Shown piece after piece: positions 30,966 through 40,649 of a stretch of 64,000 nt of DNA. The translations under genes and the position numbers were made by a program. Source of the stretch: a virus (Duplodnaviria > Caudoviricetes); the IMG/VR virus record IMGVR_UViG_3300042975_000096, one strand, 5' to 3'. Within the stretch, counting starts at the first letter, position 1, and the number at the start of each line of letters is the position of its first letter. Under the pieces are notes generated by a model, which was given only the letters and a program-made list of their open reading frames with translations, was not told the origin of the DNA and ran no database searches.

Positions 30966-31679
30966 ATGTCAAAAAAACCAGATTATATACAATTAAATGA
31001 TGATTATAATGAATTGGCAAGTGATATTTCAAGCATTACAAAAAAACATGAAAAATTAAAAGCTAAATTAGATGATATTGATGCTGAATTTACAATATAT
31101 CTTAATCGATTGATTATATACATCAAAAATGAATTTTGGAACAAATACTCTTATAAAAAATATACATTTTTAATTTCTAATGAAAAAGATGGAACAAAAA
31201 AAATTAAATTTTTTGACCAAAAAGATATGAAAATAGCTAAAGCTAAATACGACAGCGAACAAGAAGATAAAAAAGACGTATTAGAAGATGATTTCAATTT
31301 CTTTTGTGACGATGATTTAAATGACAAAAAAGAATTTGATAACATGATTGATTTTTTACAGAATAACATATCAACTGTAAAATTTGAATGTGATATAAAC
31401 CACAAACAAGAAAACACAATTAGAAAATTAACAATTGACACTGATAGATTAGAAGAACATTATCATTATGCAAAGACAATTATGCAAGATTTGGAAAGCG
31501 AATATACTGATTGCATGACCGAAATCATTTCTAGACTTGAAAATGATGATGAATATGATTTTAATATTGAAACTGATGAAATAATGTCTATTCGTGATGA
31601 AGAAACTATGATATGGCATTTAATTTATTATCGTCTTGATAGTGATACTATTGAGGATTCTAATGATAAAAAAGACTAA
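30966..31679 (+). CDS. Acidic hypothetical protein
   Basis: GGAGG RBS; 237 aa; ends at a bidirectional terminator. Confidence 0.7.
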   Translation: MSKKPDYIQLNDDYNELASDISSITKKHEKLKAKLDDIDAEFTIYLNRLIIYIKNEFWNKYSYKKYTFLISNEKDGTKKIKFFDQKDMKIAKAKYDSEQEDKKDVLEDDFNFFCDDDLNDKKEFDNMIDFLQNNISTVKFECDINHKQENTIRKLTIDTDRLEEHYHYAKTIMQDLESEYTDCMTEIISRLENDDEYDFNIETDEIMSIRDEETMIWHLIYYRLDSDTIEDSNDKKD

Positions 31680-31702
31680 CCAATATTGGTTAGTCTTTTT
31701 TT
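31669..31702. terminator. Bidirectional intrinsic terminator
   Basis: aaaaaagactaacc-aatatt-ggttagtctttttt between convergent genes. Confidence 0.8.
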
Positions 31703-31706
31703 ATTG

Positions 31707-32645
31707 TTAATTTGAATACGAATAGTTAGCAATTGCATCCAAAGTATTCAAAACTGCATCCTTATTATTAAACAAATGTTTCAATACTTTTCCGCTACCG
31801 TTACCTTTTGCTTCCTGAATCTTCTGAGCCATAGACTGCATATCAGTAATAATCTGTTTCATGTTATCAGCCTTATTTTCTGCCTGACTAACCATATTAT
31901 TAATGTTTGCTTCAGCCTTTGCTCTAGAAGCACTAAGTTGCTCTGCAAATGCCAACTCATCTTCTGTATACTTACTCTTATCTTTAATCAAACATGCGCG
32001 ACCAACGACATCCAATGCCTTTCTAAGTCCTTTGCTTGCTTTATCAAGAGTTCCTTTATTAATTTCTTGCTGTGGTGATTCATCAAAATCTACAGGCTTG
32101 CTTCCATCTTCACTCCACCACTGTTTCGAAACACGAGGCTTTTGAAACGTAGGCTCACCCTTTGCATATAAACCATCACCATCTATCAACATTGCACAAT
32201 ACTGAATCTGATATGGCGTTACCTGCTTAGAAACCATAATGCCATTGCGTTCTTCAACAAAACGAGTGAAAAAGTTTTTATTTTCAGTTGTCGTTGTTCC
32301 AAATCCATGGTCTACAATTTTGAATTTCTTATCACTACCAAAATTGGTTTTAGCATAAGCATCAAGCTTATCAAAAATAGCCTGTCTTGCATCGCTTACT
32401 GTGTTCAATGCATCCAAAAAATCTCCTGAACTATCAATTCCCCATGCATCATTTTGAGAAGCCTTGTCACCATGAACAACAACCTGACAATTATCATCAC
32501 CTTCAGGATTCAATTCAATACCAGCTTTATGTTCTAAACCCAATTTCTGAGCAAGCTCATAAGCTTCTTTTTCTGTCATTGTTTTTTCTCCACCATTAAG
32601 TGCATCCGCAATGACTTTTTTCATTCTAGCCAAAATAACATTCAT
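31707..32645 (-). CDS. Hypothetical protein with RMKKVIA leader; putative head-internal protein
   Basis: 312 aa; late-promoter motif upstream; helical C-terminus. Confidence 0.55.
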   Translation of the reverse strand: MNVILARMKKVIADALNGGEKTMTEKEAYELAQKLGLEHKAGIELNPEGDDNCQVVVHGDKASQNDAWGIDSSGDFLDALNTVSDARQAIFDKLDAYAKTNFGSDKKFKIVDHGFGTTTTENKNFFTRFVEERNGIMVSKQVTPYQIQYCAMLIDGDGLYAKGEPTFQKPRVSKQWWSEDGSKPVDFDESPQQEINKGTLDKASKGLRKALDVVGRACLIKDKSKYTEDELAFAEQLSASRAKAEANINNMVSQAENKADNMKQIITDMQSMAQKIQEAKGNGSGKVLKHLFNNKDAVLNTLDAIANYSYSN

Positions 32646-32753
32646 ATCTATCTATCATTCCTTTTCTTTAATTTTAATAATTTCTACAAACAAAATAAAC
32701 ATACATACAAAAAAAATAATCCCAAATATAAATTTACTTAGGATTATTACAGT

Positions 32754-33032
32754 TTAATTCAATTTATCAATACCATTAATATAATTGATTTCATTATGCA
32801 TTAACAAATTTAATTTATCATAATCATTGCAGATAATTATGATATGATTATCATTTTTGAAATACTTTTTTAGTTCTCTACATTGCCATTTTGTTTCATC
32901 CAAAGAAAACGAAAAAGATAATTGTGGGGTGTTAACCCCACCGACAATCATATCAAACAAAAACATTGATAATGCATATGGCTCTTGCTTATCATTACAT
33001 TTATTTTTTCCAATGTTACATATATATACCAT
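32754..33032 (-). CDS. Hypothetical protein
   Basis: 92 aa abutting the helicase stop codon. Confidence 0.5.
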   Translation of the reverse strand: MVYICNIGKNKCNDKQEPYALSMFLFDMIVGGVNTPQLSFSFSLDETKWQCRELKKYFKNDNHIIIICNDYDKLNLLMHNEINYINGIDKLN

Positions 33033-34727
33033 TTATTTCAATCCTTTTTTGAATTTAGCCAAATTAAACTTACTAATATCAACTATTCTATTCAAAAATT
33101 GATTTGACAACCATTTTTTGTTATACTTTACGGATTTCATAAATGCATTATCTAAAATATACGTTACCGCCCAATCTTTATCATTTCTAGTGCTTCTGCC
33201 ACATTCCTGAACCAAATTACGCATCATTTTGCAAGTATACCAACTCTGATTGTTTTTCATTTTCCGTTTTACACGTTCATCTGCCATAGAAATATATGGC
33301 AATTTAACAATAATTTGAAAACGACTTAAATCATCATGCAAATCTACACCTGCCATTAATGACGGGGAAACTAAAACTGTTGGATTTGGAGAATTAGCAT
33401 GGAACTTCATTAACGATTCATTGGAAACTTCCATTTCTTTATATACCAATCTATCAGAATTAATACTTTCAACAATTTTCTCCATAATGCCATATGTTGA
33501 AGTATGAATAATACCCTTCTCATTTGGATGTAAAGCTAAAATTCTTTTAATTTCATCAATTACATATGGCATAGTACCATTAATGTTTTTATAACTCATT
33601 GAACCAATAGGGTCATATACAATTGGAGAATTATAAGACGGGAATGTGCTGTCTTTTGTAATGAAACACGTATTTTCAGGAGTCAATCCCATATCCTTAC
33701 AAAATCCAGGTTTGTCCAAAATTGTTGCAGACATAAACACAACCTGATTCATTGCGAATTTATCAATTAACTGGTGAAATAAATTCTCAACGCTAATTGG
33801 CTTTACTGATAACTTCCCATCTTTTGCTGAAATAATCCAATTTTCTTTTTCTGAAGAATTTAAAAAGTTATCTATTTTTTCGCTCAATATTGTTAATTCA
33901 TTAATGTGCTGAGACAATTTATTTACGTCAGTTTCTTCCAAATCACTAAGTTCTTCTGCCGTCAAGTTACTTCTGTCTCCATGTTTTATTGATGCAATTG
34001 TTTTTTGAAAGAATTCGATTTTATTCTTAATTATTGTGGCAATTAATTTTATCCAATCTTCATTTTCCTTTAGCCCATCAACACGTGGTTTTTTATTGTA
34101 TCTCAAATAAACATTGAAATCCAATCCCTTATTCAATTCATATCTTTTATCAAGATAATCTTTTGATAATGTAAAACCTGCACTATTAATCAATTGGTCT
34201 TCTAACATGTGGCATTCATCAACAACAATAACCCGTCTTTTAGGAAATGGTTTTGCTTTTACAGACAATGGTTTTGTAGCACGTAAGAAATATGAATATG
34301 AAGTAACATACATTTCTGCTTTTTCTGCACTTTTCTTTGCATTGACATATGGGCAGATACCCTGTTCAACGCAATCCATCCATATACTTCTTTCATATTT
34401 GCATTCACCATTAGAACAGCGCATACCCTCATCAACAGCACATTCATAATTTGCAGCGCCTTTAACGACCTTAACACTCATGTTATAAAAATCTTTTTCA
34501 TATTGGTCTTGCAGTTGTTTCGTGGCAGTTAGCAAATAGCTATTTCCTGCACGTTTAGAGATTGCTTTAGCGATGGCAGATTTACCTATGCCTGTGCCAG
34601 CTTCTATGACGATATAACGGTACTTTTTATCTGATGCATATATTTTATCCAACGACTTCAAAATGTCTGCCTGTGGCGCTCTCACGCTCTTATATGGGAA
34701 ATAGTTTTCAAATGTATTTTCGCTCAT
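33033..34727 (-). CDS. DinG/XPD-family SF2 helicase
   Basis: Q-motif RAPQ, EAGTGIGKS, Fe-S Cys cluster, VDECH, MSAT, GVDL, QECGRSTR. Confidence 0.9.
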   Translation of the reverse strand: MSENTFENYFPYKSVRAPQADILKSLDKIYASDKKYRYIVIEAGTGIGKSAIAKAISKRAGNSYLLTATKQLQDQYEKDFYNMSVKVVKGAANYECAVDEGMRCSNGECKYERSIWMDCVEQGICPYVNAKKSAEKAEMYVTSYSYFLRATKPLSVKAKPFPKRRVIVVDECHMLEDQLINSAGFTLSKDYLDKRYELNKGLDFNVYLRYNKKPRVDGLKENEDWIKLIATIIKNKIEFFQKTIASIKHGDRSNLTAEELSDLEETDVNKLSQHINELTILSEKIDNFLNSSEKENWIISAKDGKLSVKPISVENLFHQLIDKFAMNQVVFMSATILDKPGFCKDMGLTPENTCFITKDSTFPSYNSPIVYDPIGSMSYKNINGTMPYVIDEIKRILALHPNEKGIIHTSTYGIMEKIVESINSDRLVYKEMEVSNESLMKFHANSPNPTVLVSPSLMAGVDLHDDLSRFQIIVKLPYISMADERVKRKMKNNQSWYTCKMMRNLVQECGRSTRNDKDWAVTYILDNAFMKSVKYNKKWLSNQFLNRIVDISKFNLAKFKKGLK

Positions 34728-34759
34728 AATTAAACCCCTTCTTCTTTTTTGTTAATCAT

Positions 34760-34788
34760 ATAATATCACATTTTATGTTGAATGTCAA
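34760..34788 (-). promoter_or_regulatory. Sigma-A/sigma-70-type promoter for the helicase
   Basis: TTGACA-N17-TATTAT with an extended -10 TG. Confidence 0.7.
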
Positions 34789-34838
34789 TATAATTTAAAA
34801 AGTATGAGATTAAATAAATCTTAATCCCATACTCAATA

Positions 34839-35627
34839 TCAATAACCATATTCTTGTCTCAAAATATTCTCAATATTTTTATGAATATATATATCTTTTA
34901 TTTCATTCACATTCATAGTTAAAATGCATAAATTAATAAATTCATGAAATACTTCTGCATAAGCAAGATATAATTTATCAAAATCAATAAAATCATTTGG
35001 TTTTTTCCAATGTTTCCATGATATTTGTTGTCTCACAGAAGCACACGCATCAGACAATCTACAACTCGCCTTCAGAATAGTAATGTCTTTATTAATGTCA
35101 TCCTTAGTATATAAATACTCATCAATTGACTCTTTTTGTCTATTATATGCAACATCAATCAAATCTTCTTTTTCATTTAATGAAACATTATATTTTTTAT
35201 CATAAGCAAATTGTATATCATGTGTGTTTGCGCCACCAACAATAAACAAATCTAACATAAAATGCAAAATATCGATTACTTCTTTTTTTAACTCAATATC
35301 AATTGAATTATTTTTATCATTTTTTGAATAAAGCACTAGATGTTCTCTAACTTCTCTTATTTCATCTTCAACACAAATAAGATATTTATCTACCCATTTA
35401 TCCACTTCTTCTTTTGTTGGGTTATCTACTTTCCTTATTCTGCTTGCAAAAGACCGTTGCATTTGCATTAACAACTCCCATGCAGTTAAAGATATATCAA
35501 AATTATTTTCTTTCAAAACCCGTTCAACAATTTTATCATTTTTTGCATCAACATATGCTTTATACTTTGCACAATCACAATGTAGGCTTTCGCATTGCAT
35601 TTCTAAATATGGACAATTATTATTCAA
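34839..35627 (-). CDS. All-alpha dNTP pyrophosphatase (dimeric dUTPase/T4 gp56-like), tandem domain
   Basis: EDEIREVREH...KEVIDILHF in the first half; ISWKHWKK and KNIENILRQEYGY in the second half. Confidence 0.75.
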   Translation of the reverse strand: MNNNCPYLEMQCESLHCDCAKYKAYVDAKNDKIVERVLKENNFDISLTAWELLMQMQRSFASRIRKVDNPTKEEVDKWVDKYLICVEDEIREVREHLVLYSKNDKNNSIDIELKKEVIDILHFMLDLFIVGGANTHDIQFAYDKKYNVSLNEKEDLIDVAYNRQKESIDEYLYTKDDINKDITILKASCRLSDACASVRQQISWKHWKKPNDFIDFDKLYLAYAEVFHEFINLCILTMNVNEIKDIYIHKNIENILRQEYGY

Positions 35628-35662
35628 AAAATCACATCCAACACTCTTATTTTTGTATTATA

Positions 35663-36043
35663 TTATTTCTCAATATTATTATTTTGGCTTCTCATTGGAG
35701 CTTGTTGTCCCATACCATTAGATTGATTTAATCCAAATGCACTTTGAATAAACCCACCAACCTTACTTTTTCCAACAGAACCACCCATAACTGCTCCTGC
35801 AACATTAATTCCTGTTACGCAATATGCAAATGTTTCAATAATATCAGCCCATGTTTTACTAATATCTGTATTTGCAATATACATATATGCTCCGAACAAT
35901 AATGATGCAACTAAACAAATCATTAATAATGATACTCTAGTTTCGTCAACTGACATAACATTATGAAAAAAATTATGCGTTGGTTGTTGTTCTTGCTGTG
36001 TTGGCTCTACATTATTTTGATTTTCTTCCATTTTATCCTTCAC
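35663..36043 (-). CDS. Two-TM membrane protein, holin-like
   Basis: Hydrophobic segments VSLLMICLVASLLFGAYMYI and IIETFAYCVTGINVAGAVM. Confidence 0.5.
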   Translation of the reverse strand: MKDKMEENQNNVEPTQQEQQPTHNFFHNVMSVDETRVSLLMICLVASLLFGAYMYIANTDISKTWADIIETFAYCVTGINVAGAVMGGSVGKSKVGGFIQSAFGLNQSNGMGQQAPMRSQNNNIEK

Positions 36044-36545
36044 CTGTTTCCTTTGTTGTTTGACACGTTATATTTTCGCAAGACATGTTTTGGCATGTTA
36101 ATTCTTGACAATATTTTGATTGACAAGAATATTGCTGACAAAACGTACTTTGACATTTTTGACATGATTCACAATAACATTCTGATTCACACGTTTCACA
36201 TACTTGACATGTTTGACATGTTTGACACGCTTCACAATGTTGACATGTTTGACATGGTATTTCTTGACATGTAACTAATTGGCACGTCATGACTTGACAC
36301 GTTGTTATCTGACATCCTTGACATCGTTGACAACTTTGACAAGCCTGACAAGATTCCACCTGACATTTTACACTCTGACAACAATTAGAAGGTGAACAAT
36401 TACAATTATTAACATTCCCCTTATATAAATCCAGTCTATCTAATGCCGTTTTTAGCTCTTGTAATTTGGTTTTATTTACAACGCTTCTTATTGGACTCCA
36501 ATCTGTTTTTTTTATTTTGTTATTCTTTGCCACAACCATCTTCAC
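36033..36545 (-). CDS. Cys/Gln-repeat protein; candidate radical-SAM-modified precursor
   Basis: ~45-aa basic leader then 31 Cys in C[QE]x and C[QE]xxx repeats; overlaps the rSAM/SPASM gene. Confidence 0.75.
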   Translation of the reverse strand: MKMVVAKNNKIKKTDWSPIRSVVNKTKLQELKTALDRLDLYKGNVNNCNCSPSNCCQSVKCQVESCQACQSCQRCQGCQITTCQVMTCQLVTCQEIPCQTCQHCEACQTCQTCQVCETCESECYCESCQKCQSTFCQQYSCQSKYCQELTCQNMSCENITCQTTKETGEG

Positions 36546-37617
36546 TTCCCATATCCGTAATTAACTCTAATATTGGATAATTCATTACGTTAATCATTGT
36601 GCAATAAAATTCTTCTCTTGCCTTTGTTCCAACCAGAGGGCATCCATTCTTGCACAAAATTTGAACAGGACATTTATCGCAAATAGAAGAATTTTCTTTA
36701 ACTTTATCCATATCACAAACATTCTTCATCACATTAAATGAGCTATCCATAATAGTGCCAACCTTATCATCAGTATTATGGCACTTATACAAATTCCCTT
36801 GCAAATCTACATTAAGCACCTCATATCCATTTCCACATCTATCTCTTGTTGGTTTAATGTTATTTGTACGTAAAGCAAATCTAACTTGATTTATTTTTTG
36901 CTCTATATACGCCTTTTTAACTACTGATATTTCTGATTTTCCCTGAAAAAAGTTTAAATATTCATCACACAATTCATGTATCTGTGTATATACTTTATCA
37001 TAATCAAAAGATTTTAAATCAATATTTTCCAAATTAACATCTAATAAATCATCAACATTAAAACTAATTGTATGTCCATTGTAATTTTCAACATAATCTT
37101 TATTTAATTTTTCACAATCTTCCAAATAATCCTTAATATAATTATAAGAAGACATTACACCCGATACAGAAAACCAATTTAAAGAAAATATATTTTCTTT
37201 ATTATCTTCAAAAACATTATATCCTCTAGTTTTAATTGAGTTTCTTCCATCCCAACTAATACAAACGCCATTGAAATGCTCGTTAACAAACTTTACTTTT
37301 TCTTCATCAAATAATTTACCATTCGTAATCATTGTAAAATATAAGTTATCAGGTTTTCCCATTTCCTCTATTTTTAGCACAATTTCTTTTACTTTATCCC
37401 AAAACACTAATGGTTCTCCACCATAAAACTGTACATGTAACATTGAGTTTTGAGATTTTGCAGTTTCAATAATAAAATTATACAACATTGGATTTACTTG
37501 TCTTTCCATTGCAACATTTACCACATCATGTTGCAAACAATATTTACATTGCAAATTACATTCATGCCCTAACATGATAAATATTGTTGATATATTTCTA
37601 GATAAAAAATTGCTCAT
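36520..37617 (-). CDS. Radical SAM/SPASM peptide-maturase-like protein
   Basis: CNLQCKYC, FYGGEPL, CGNG...YKCH, CDKCPVQILCKNGCP...FYC. Confidence 0.9.
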   Translation of the reverse strand: MSNFLSRNISTIFIMLGHECNLQCKYCLQHDVVNVAMERQVNPMLYNFIIETAKSQNSMLHVQFYGGEPLVFWDKVKEIVLKIEEMGKPDNLYFTMITNGKLFDEEKVKFVNEHFNGVCISWDGRNSIKTRGYNVFEDNKENIFSLNWFSVSGVMSSYNYIKDYLEDCEKLNKDYVENYNGHTISFNVDDLLDVNLENIDLKSFDYDKVYTQIHELCDEYLNFFQGKSEISVVKKAYIEQKINQVRFALRTNNIKPTRDRCGNGYEVLNVDLQGNLYKCHNTDDKVGTIMDSSFNVMKNVCDMDKVKENSSICDKCPVQILCKNGCPLVGTKAREEFYCTMINVMNYPILELITDMGSEDGCGKE

Positions 37618-38820
37618 TTATTTATTTCCTTTCAATACAGACATTATCATTCCAATATTTGTCCAATCCATGAATTTAATTGCTTCTTCTACAGTCATAA
37701 CATGCAAATGAATACGTTCAGTATCTTCAACTACTCCGTGTACTTCATTATCTTTTTTAACAGAATCAATTTCTTCTTGTGTTAATTCCACACTAAACAA
37801 TGCAATTCTGTGCGAACATAATGTAGCTGCTGATTGTTTTATTGTTTCATAATTGAATCTATCAGAATCCAATACTAATCCTGTTTCTTCCTCTAATTCT
37901 TTTGATGCTGTCTGTAATCTATCATCATCTTCATTAAGTGAAGAACCACCTGGTAATTCAAATACCATTTCGGCTTCATTAACCACAGGAGTTCTAAACT
38001 CTTCACATACAATTAACTCCGATTTCATAATGTCTTCTTCATTTTTGCTATATGCAAATATATAACTCATATCTGTTCTTGATATAACAAATTCATTATC
38101 TTTAACTCTATCTTCCTTAACCCCATCATATGACTCTTTTACATAAACATCTGGCTTATATACTGCCAAAAATAATTTTTTTGCTTTTGGCATATAAAAC
38201 TCATATAAAAACTCAAAATTTTCTAATTTGTTTCCAATTTCTTTTTGTGGTTGATACCAATTTTGAAATTGATTTGATTTAAAAATATGTTGTGGAACTA
38301 ACACTTCTGTGTTCTCTCTATAAATTCCATCGCCAATAAAATCCAATGCATCATTTAATAAAGCTTTTAAATTATTATGCCATTCATATTTTCCATCTGA
38401 AATCTTTTTTATATAATCATTCTTTACCGCACTATCTGGTCCACCAATAACCAACTTATCAGTATTAAAAAACAAACCAAATTCAATATTTGTTGTTAGA
38501 GCTAACATTTCATTATCAGGTCTAAATTCTCGTGGAATCCAAAATACGATTGCATCTGCCATTTTTAAACATTTGTGCTCCCACTCAATTTGTTCATCTT
38601 TATCATCAGGATTAAACGGTTCATCATCTCTATTTTCAGGTACAAATACAACACCATCGTAATCGAGTTCTCTTAATATTGTTAATGCTTCTTCACGCCA
38701 GCCTAACTCTTTTTTTTCGCGCGGTGTCGGACCAGCTAAAAAAATAGATTTTGTTAAAGATTGTGGTATATCTTCTCTTGAATGTATTTCAATCATATTA
38801 TTTTTTCCTAACCTTTTCAT
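37618..38820 (-). CDS. Nucleoside 2-deoxyribosyltransferase-like domain fused to a NUDIX hydrolase
   Basis: IFLAGPTPR...WR...QIEWE...FWIPR...TTNIEFG; ELPGG...ASKELEEETGL (Nudix box). AGGAG RBS favours the ATG at 38820. Confidence 0.85.
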   Translation of the reverse strand: MKRLGKNNMIEIHSREDIPQSLTKSIFLAGPTPREKKELGWREEALTILRELDYDGVVFVPENRDDEPFNPDDKDEQIEWEHKCLKMADAIVFWIPREFRPDNEMLALTTNIEFGLFFNTDKLVIGGPDSAVKNDYIKKISDGKYEWHNNLKALLNDALDFIGDGIYRENTEVLVPQHIFKSNQFQNWYQPQKEIGNKLENFEFLYEFYMPKAKKLFLAVYKPDVYVKESYDGVKEDRVKDNEFVISRTDMSYIFAYSKNEEDIMKSELIVCEEFRTPVVNEAEMVFELPGGSSLNEDDDRLQTASKELEEETGLVLDSDRFNYETIKQSAATLCSHRIALFSVELTQEEIDSVKKDNEVHGVVEDTERIHLHVMTVEEAIKFMDWTNIGMIMSVLKGNK

Positions 38821-38854
38821 ATTATTACATTCTCCTTTTTTCACATAAATCTTT

Positions 38855-38901
38855 TCTATAAATAGAATAACGAATACAAGAATCTATATTCTATCTTTAG
38901 A
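38855..38901. promoter_or_regulatory. Divergent pair of putative late promoters
   Basis: TATT CTATTTA TAGA on minus (38855-38869) and TATT CTATCTT TAGA on plus (38887-38901), each facing a gene. Confidence 0.55.
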
Positions 38902-38920
38902 AAAGAAAGTTGGTGAAATA

Positions 38921-39376
38921 ATGATTGATTTAGTAAAATTAGCTGATAAAACAAATAGAGTAATGAATAATATTTTTCTAGAATCAGGAATAAATAACAT
39001 TTCATTATACGTATATAAACATCATGATTTTCCTTTTTTAAAAACAATATGTGACACATTTGAAGAATCTATGAATAAAAATCAAACAACAAAAAAAATC
39101 AAATCGTTGAACTATCTAAAAACATATGATAAAAAATCAACCCTCGTTGTTTTTTGTTTATTATTAAACAACAACAACATAAATGATATAAACTATCAAT
39201 TCAACGATTTGTCCAATTTAGTAAAAACAAATTACAAAGTCGATTGTTTACAAATTTTTATTAATTGCCAATTCAGTGAATATCATGAATATGTCAATGC
39301 AATAAATAATCAAATTAAATCATATATTACAAAAAAATATGAAAACAAAATAAACAATGAGGATGGATTACAGTGA
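38921..39376 (+). CDS. Hypothetical protein
   Basis: 151 aa, GGTG RBS, late-promoter motif upstream on the + strand. Confidence 0.55.
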   Translation: MIDLVKLADKTNRVMNNIFLESGINNISLYVYKHHDFPFLKTICDTFEESMNKNQTTKKIKSLNYLKTYDKKSTLVVFCLLLNNNNINDINYQFNDLSNLVKTNYKVDCLQIFINCQFSEYHEYVNAINNQIKSYITKKYENKINNEDGLQ

Positions 39377-39594
39377 ATACATTAACTTTATTATTATTAG
39401 GCTTAGTGTTAATTTATGCAGTTGGAGAAATTGCAAAATTTTTATTTTATACACTTATTGTCCTGCTAGTTGCATATTGCATATTAGTATCATTTAATGG
39501 CAATATAACACTACATCAAATATTTACATACATAAAAGAACTTAATATTTATACCATAAAACAAAAAATCGTTAATTTTTTTAGAGGTGAATAA
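39373..39594 (+). CDS. Small membrane protein
   Basis: Long hydrophobic N-terminal half; overlaps the upstream stop codon. Confidence 0.55.
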   Translation: MNTLTLLLLGLVLIYAVGEIAKFLFYTLIVLLVAYCILVSFNGNITLHQIFTYIKELNIYTIKQKIVNFFRGE

Positions 39595-39597
39595 TAT

Positions 39598-40092
39598 ATG
39601 CGTAAAAGATTAATTGCTCAAAGCCCACAATTAGGGAATCTAATTTCAAATGATTCTGAATTTTCTTCTATAGAAAGTGCAAACACGCATTTCAATAAAG
39701 ACAAATTATATAATGCTACAGGCAAACAAGGTACATATGGATGTATATCTTATCAAGATGTAAAATCACCAAAAGACCCAATTAAATTGTTTGTTACAGA
39801 GGTATATGTATCAATTGATGCAGGTAAAAACAACCAGGGTGAAGAAGTTAAAAGTATTATATCCATTACTAGACCATTCACTAAAGGCAATAATGTTGGT
39901 AATCCTATAGAAATAAAAGAAACGTTATCACCAAACATGTCTGAAGCATATAATATTGAAAAAGAAACAATTCTTCACGTCAATGGGTTATCATTAATCA
40001 AGCTTCCTGCTGGAACAAAAGACTATGAAGAAGCATTAAGTTTAGCCAAAGATTCTATAGAAAAACAATTTAAAGACGTTCAATATGCATAA
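39598..40092 (+). CDS. Hypothetical protein with KRLIA leader
   Basis: GAGGTG RBS; starts MRKRLIAQS. Confidence 0.6.
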   Translation: MRKRLIAQSPQLGNLISNDSEFSSIESANTHFNKDKLYNATGKQGTYGCISYQDVKSPKDPIKLFVTEVYVSIDAGKNNQGEEVKSIISITRPFTKGNNVGNPIEIKETLSPNMSEAYNIEKETILHVNGLSLIKLPAGTKDYEEALSLAKDSIEKQFKDVQYA

Positions 40093-40104
40093 TTTAAAAA
40101 TGTA

Positions 40105-40133
40105 TTGACAAATATCCCTTTTTATGATATAAT
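40105..40133 (+). promoter_or_regulatory. Consensus sigma-A/sigma-70 promoter (early-type)
   Basis: TTGACA-N17-TATAAT with TG at the extended -10 position, 30 nt upstream of 40164. Confidence 0.85.
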
Positions 40134-40163
40134 TCACTTATATATTAGAAAGGGTGTTTTTTT

Positions 40164-40634
40164 ATGAATGTTATTTTAGAAAAAAAAATAAACCTACAGA
40201 TTTCAAATACTATTGATATGCTATTACTAAATGCAAGCAATGATTTATATTTTATTCCATTTAATCCCGAAGCAACCATTATCACTTCAATATTTGATAT
40301 AATTGATTCATCTAATCTCGTTGATATGGTTGGGTTAGATAAAAACATAAAAATGAAATCATTTACAGATTTTTATGATATGGAAAGAAATATTGATTTC
40401 GATAAAATTGATGCCAATGCAAAATTTGTTACCGTTGTTATATCTCCGCACTATAAAAAGAATACAAATATATCCTATACACTTCATACACTAAATGAAT
40501 TTCTTCCATCTTTGCCATCAATGGATTGTATAACTATATTCGTAGAAGGTAACTTCTTACAAATTCATGAGGTGGAATGCTTTATTCGTAGTAAAATAAT
40601 ATCTAAATTTGAAAAATTAAAAAAGGGCAATTAA
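40164..40634 (+). CDS. Hypothetical early protein
   Basis: 156 aa downstream of a consensus promoter. Confidence 0.6.
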   Translation: MNVILEKKINLQISNTIDMLLLNASNDLYFIPFNPEATIITSIFDIIDSSNLVDMVGLDKNIKMKSFTDFYDMERNIDFDKIDANAKFVTVVISPHYKKNTNISYTLHTLNEFLPSLPSMDCITIFVEGNFLQIHEVECFIRSKIISKFEKLKKGN

Positions 40635-40649
40635 TTGCCCTTTTTTAAT
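40616..40649. terminator. 34-bp perfect palindrome/bidirectional terminator spanning two stop codons
   Basis: attaaaaaagggcaatt|aattgcccttttttaat. Confidence 0.7.

Noticed and set aside
36060-36380. Tandem ttgaca(tg) repeats resembling a promoter array or CRISPR-like repeat
   Set aside because: They are the reverse complement of TGT CAA (Cys-Gln) codons of the Cys-rich gene; there are no spacers and no -10 boxes.
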